DNA of 64,000 nucleotides, from contig CAJFCJ010000007.1 in NCBI GenBank assembly GCA_904063045.1, positions 2,859,404-2,923,403 on the forward strand, written 5' to 3'. This document shows, one piece after another, positions 59,708 through 64,000 of this stretch (its first letter is position 1; each line of letters begins with the position of its first letter). This DNA comes from Dimorphilus gyrociliatus (Eukaryota > Animalia > Annelida). A program made the position numbers and the translations under genes. The notes beneath the pieces were generated by a model. It was not told the origin of the DNA and made no database searches. It saw nothing but the letters and a program-made list of their open reading frames with translations.

Positions 59708-61111
59708 GGAAAGGGAGGGGGTAGCACGCAAAGATATTACAGTTGGAATTTTGTAGAGATTCATGATTTTATAGCGAGCAAGGATATCGGCACCTTACTG
59801 AGAGATACACGAGGAGTTTGCGTGCTGTAAGTCTGACTATGATTGAAGAATTCTACCCGGTCGAGCAGTCATCGTCTACGAAAAGTGTTTAGATTGATTG
59901 TTAGGGGCGGCGGAGTAGAAATGCTGCAAAAAATCGACGCGAGAGACTCCATCAAGCATTGTAGCGTTACAAATCGAATCACTGTCTCCCTTGTGTCGAG
60001 CACGCTGCAATGGCTGCAAATGCAGTTGTGTTCGAGTGCTGAACGACGGCCCGTCGTCTATACACCTTCAGCTTAACAGCGTCATCCTTTGTTTAAGAAT
60101 TGATGGGGGTAAAAGAAAAAAATGGGAGAAAATTGAATTTTCTCGAAGAAAAACGATTACCGAATTGAGTTATGGCCGGTCGCATTCAAGCTATTAGTGT
60201 TTGATCCTACCAACGTCTCATTATCTATCTTTCCTTTCTTATATACAATCCGCGGAAATAAATCCGTGCAATATCATTACTAATATCTTCTTTCTAAACA
60301 CAATTATAATAGCTATGATTATCACTTATTTATTTATTTACAACAAGAAAAAATAAGACGCGTGTTAAGCGTGCCAATTGTTTACACGAACCGCCTCATC
60401 AAGGTGCTTCTGAGCGTTTTAACGTCTGGCAAGTTGCGGTGCTGACGGAATGTTTAAAGCTTTCGACTTTTAGAAAAGAACAGATTGTTACCATTCCAAC
60501 AGCTGCGGCAATAAACGCAACTTGTATAAATTGTCTAACTCTCTCTATCTCTTTATCTTGTATTGTTCTTTTTAAGTTTTATTATGACTATTTATTATGT
60601 TCTTTTCTCTGCGCTTATATATGAATTATATATGAAAATATACAGAATTTATACATTTATACATATATAATATATAATTTATATATATATATATATGTAT
60701 AGAGTTTATGGAGTTTTACATTTATTTAAATATATACACAACATATTTTCCATTCTGATATGAAAATAAAGGCGATTTTGTTAAAGGGGGTCGGCAGTTC
60801 TTAAAAAAAGTAATTGATCTGTCCAAAACGATTACGATAAAGTTTACCCAGTTATTAAACAGACTCGTCGATATACAAGGCAATGTATATATTTATATAT
60901 ATATATATACATGGACATACAAAAGGAATATAAAGAACGCTTTATAATACATATATATATATATATCTTGTATAAAGTGTATATATAATACTGAAGGCTT
61001 GTAATATAAATCAACTTCATATACATACGTGCTGTGCGTCTGTCAAGACTAAAAGGTCATCAAGAGGCAATTTGATATCGTCCTCTTTTTGCCATATTTT
61101 TTATTACTTTC

Positions 61112-62275
61112 TTATAAATTTTCCAAATTTCGGCTGTTTGTTACCAAGTCGCGTAGGATTCTCCAAGCACATTTTGCCGCTGAATCCAAAGAAGCGGGTG
61201 ATTTTCCTCTGAATAAATCTAAATTAGGTAGGAAGTAATGGGGGCACCTGCGGTTTTGTAGACAGGAAATCAGTTGGAGAAGAACACCGTTGAGCCGGTC
61301 TCCAATACAAGATTCATCCCAGTCGGATTCTCTAGGATGTTTTTCACACTCGTACAAAACTAACGTCTTCATATGATAGTTTGTTAGTGGTTCGCCTGGA
61401 ATTTGTAAATGTCTTTCCTTTAGGGTTTTTAATATAGATAATACTCGTCGCCTACAGCCGCCACTTAATAGAATTAATTCGGCTTCTGTAAAGGATAATA
61501 TCCAGGCGTCTCCCTCGGCGGCCGACGCCGACGATTGTTTATCTTTCATATAGACGCAATCTTTACTTAATAAATTAAATCCTTCCGTTTTAACTTCAGC
61601 GACTAGGTTAGGACTAGGCCATGGAGACGTTGCTGGCCAATGAGACGCAGATCTGGGCCATATTCCGCCGCATCTGAAAGCTGGTGTAATTTGGACTACG
61701 AAACGATCTTTAATCTTTAACTTGACTTCGCTAGTTTCGGCTACTAACTTTACTGTATCCCTGAAAGAGCATTTATCGACGGCTTGGGCAACTAAAGTCT
61801 GGAATCTGGAGCGGATTTTACGCGCCGACAAATAACCGGAGGCTGTAATAAATTCAACCCATAAAGACATTGAACGCTTCCGACCGTCACTTAACTTTAG
61901 CACAGAACAGCCTGGAATAGTACCATCGTCTACGAAATTGAACACTCCCATTTGATTGAGAAATAAGACGACTTCGAATTCAGTCGCAGATTTTACTTCT
62001 AGACCTTCAAAGCGACCTCCATTTTCAGAGAGAGTTGTTATAAAACGGGGTTCTTGAACTTCTACTTCTTTGAGAACGTCCACCACAACTTTGCATACAT
62101 CTCGAATAGTTTTGGCTGTAGACGCTTGCCTGGATATGACCTTTTCGTTGTAGAACTTGTTGAGTTGTAGTAATAGGCGAGATTGTGACGCTAAGCGTCC
62201 ATCGCTTACGTCATCGCTATTCAACATTATTGGCATGTTCGAATTCTGAATAGACTCGGTACAGTGTGGTAACAT
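61112..62275 (-). CDS. mab-21: Protein mab-21 (MAB21L1/L2 orthologue), intronless
   Basis: Single 387-codon ORF: QLNKFYNEKV..IRDVCKVV..VEVQEPRFI..EFEVVLFLNQMGVFNFVDDG..LSDGRKRSMSLWVEFITASGYLSARKIRSRFQTLVAQA..CEKHPRESDW..RCPHYFLPNLDLF. The true start may be one of three upstream Mets. Confidence 0.97.
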   Translation of the reverse strand: MLPHCTESIQNSNMPIMLNSDDVSDGRLASQSRLLLQLNKFYNEKVISRQASTAKTIRDVCKVVVDVLKEVEVQEPRFITTLSENGGRFEGLEVKSATEFEVVLFLNQMGVFNFVDDGTIPGCSVLKLSDGRKRSMSLWVEFITASGYLSARKIRSRFQTLVAQAVDKCSFRDTVKLVAETSEVKLKIKDRFVVQITPAFRCGGIWPRSASHWPATSPWPSPNLVAEVKTEGFNLLSKDCVYMKDKQSSASAAEGDAWILSFTEAELILLSGGCRRRVLSILKTLKERHLQIPGEPLTNYHMKTLVLYECEKHPRESDWDESCIGDRLNGVLLQLISCLQNRRCPHYFLPNLDLFRGKSPASLDSAAKCAWRILRDLVTNSRNLENL

Positions 62276-62330
62276 GGCGCCTTACCAAGCAGATCTGCAC
62301 CAGCCATGAGAGTTTGATTGACGGACGGCG

Positions 62331-62339
62331 CCCCGCCCC
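62331..62339 (-). promoter_or_regulatory. GC box (GGGGCGGGG) upstream of mab-21
   Basis: Exact Sp/KLF consensus in an AT-rich genome, about 56 nt upstream of the first in-frame ATG. Confidence 0.4.
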
Positions 62340-64000
62340 TAGCTCCGCCTTTTTCAACGGTAGCTCCTTCCTTACCTACAGAGCCTTTTCTTACAAAAGT
62401 ACTCACCGGCTTTTTCAATTATCGAACAGAATAGCCGTTCAATAGATATTAGTAACATTTCAATTTGATCTTGTATTTTGATAAGCAGTCATTGTAAGCC
62501 TTATCTAGCCAAAAAAAAGGGCTTAGAATGAACATGTACCCCCGCTGTCCTTAGCTTCTCTTACTCTTTCCACCCCTTTTCCCTCTCTCAAACAAAAGGT
62601 AAAGCAGGTTCGCGTGTTAAAGAGCCATCAAGGAAGAAATGACTCCCTGTAGCTGACCACTAGTAGCGTGATCAGTGGTAATTTACTGAATTCTATGCAT
62701 TTTCAAACAGCATTTACTGCTTCAATATAGGTTATATATATATTTGTTTATTTATCTAGATATCATACCCCCTATGTGTGCTCAACAGTTAGGAGAGCGG
62801 TCAATATCTTGAATAATGAATAATAATAAGGAAGAATAAAAGACCGTGGAATTGGAAAAGGAGTGAAAAAAACATCATCGATTAGAAAGATAGATACTTA
62901 ATACTTATAATGAGAGACTGCGCTCGACGCCGAGCAATTAACACTAATGGTGCGACTAAGATCACAGAGCGTACCGACAACCGACTGCTTAATAAAAACA
63001 GAATTATTGGGATAAGTTTTCTTCGAATGAGTGTATTCTCATCCCTTTAAATAGCTATAGCTTTAATGTATTCATATTAAATGATAAGGTTAGATTATAT
63101 CGAGCTGGTAATGGCTGATGGCTATATAATGTAGAGTTTAAAGAGAGATGTGTGTAGATATATATATATAATTGTATTTACAAAGAGAGAGAGAGAGAGG
63201 AGAAAAAGAAGAAGAAGAGTTGGAAGTTATTAATGATGTATTTTTCGACGGTCCCTAGGCATAAGATGGCAATGTTTATAATAGAAAATGACCTTAAGCC
63301 TAATTGTCATTCGATGCTATAGTCGGTCTGTTTTCTATTTGGCAGCCAGCTTGTTATCAGCAAAGCAGCCTGATAAAGATTTTGTAAAATTCATCTAGGA
63401 TTTCATAAATTCGCTCAAAAAGAGCATCTATCATTACGTCATCCTATCATACATAGGTAAAATGAAACCATTTGCTTCTCTTTGACAATAACTTGCATAC
63501 GGAAGATAAATTGGCGTGTCGTGTAATTTTGTCACGTCGTCCGTCTTCGACCCTCTCGAGGTGGAGCGTCTGAACAAAATGCTCCATTATTGCAACACAC
63601 CATTAGTACCATTTAGCAGACGGTAAAATAGTTCAACCTGCTTCTATGTCATCATTCAAATATTTTAGAGATGAAAAGTAGCAGCGACTGATGGACAAGA
63701 GCTTGTCCGCCCCTTTAGTCGTTCAAAAGATAATAAGACATTCAGCGACGCCTGAAATGAGTTGTAGCGTTCAACGGCGTGTGAAATGAGCAGTGTCGGA
63801 GCGAGTTTTTCAGTTTGTGTATATTTGCAGTAATTAGGAGACTTCAAAAGAATTAAACGAGGGCCGCCTTTACAATGTCTGTCATTCTAAAAACAGCTGG
63901 TTTTTTCTTTATGTAAAACACGTGCTACGGCCTGTACACACATAGCGTGTTGTAATTTTTATTTTACATAGGCCTAAACACGAAAACATCCCTCCTCTAT

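Noticed and set aside
59576-60197. Three plus-strand ORFs of 68-84 aa downstream of mab-21
   Set aside because: One is driven by a (GA)n repeat (ERERER); none has a domain, and none resembles BEACH/WD40 exons.
63665-63847. 60-aa minus-strand ORF upstream of mab-21
   Set aside because: Non-ATG start, no recognisable motif and no supporting splice structure.

Overview
Eukaryotic (animal) genomic DNA: very AT-rich and gene-dense (about 16 protein-coding loci in 64 kb), with mostly short (about 55-100 nt) GT-AG introns. This points to a compact invertebrate genome; a lophotrochozoan such as a miniaturised annelid is my inference and is not provable from the sequence. Gene order: SLC24/NCKX exchanger (-, runs off the left edge); THEG-repeat protein (-); patatin-like phospholipase with an N-terminal acylation motif (-); cGMP-dependent protein kinase (+); two SDR9C/RDH-like dehydrogenases (-) flanking an intact 10-exon orphan gene (-); DOCK9/10/11 (zizimin) GEF (+); small ankyrin-repeat gene (-); Par3/bazooka (-) with a 413-codon ORF inside its first intron; NDUFA10 (+); a divergent 9-cysteine activin/myostatin-type TGF-beta ligand (-); FBXO42 (+); ZSWIM2 (-); intronless mab-21 (-). 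I found no rRNA, tRNA, CRISPR array or intact transposon. Most notable observations: (1) six frame-preserving cassette/micro-exon candidates (12-126 nt) in DOCK introns and two more in Par3; (2) the nested ORF in Par3 intron 1, which could be an alternative terminal exon; (3) loss of the phosphate-binding Arg in the second cGMP site of the PKG; (4) mab-21 apparently not nested in Lrba/Nbea, with a stop-start-overlapping uORF. All exon boundaries were read by hand and need RNA-seq confirmation.
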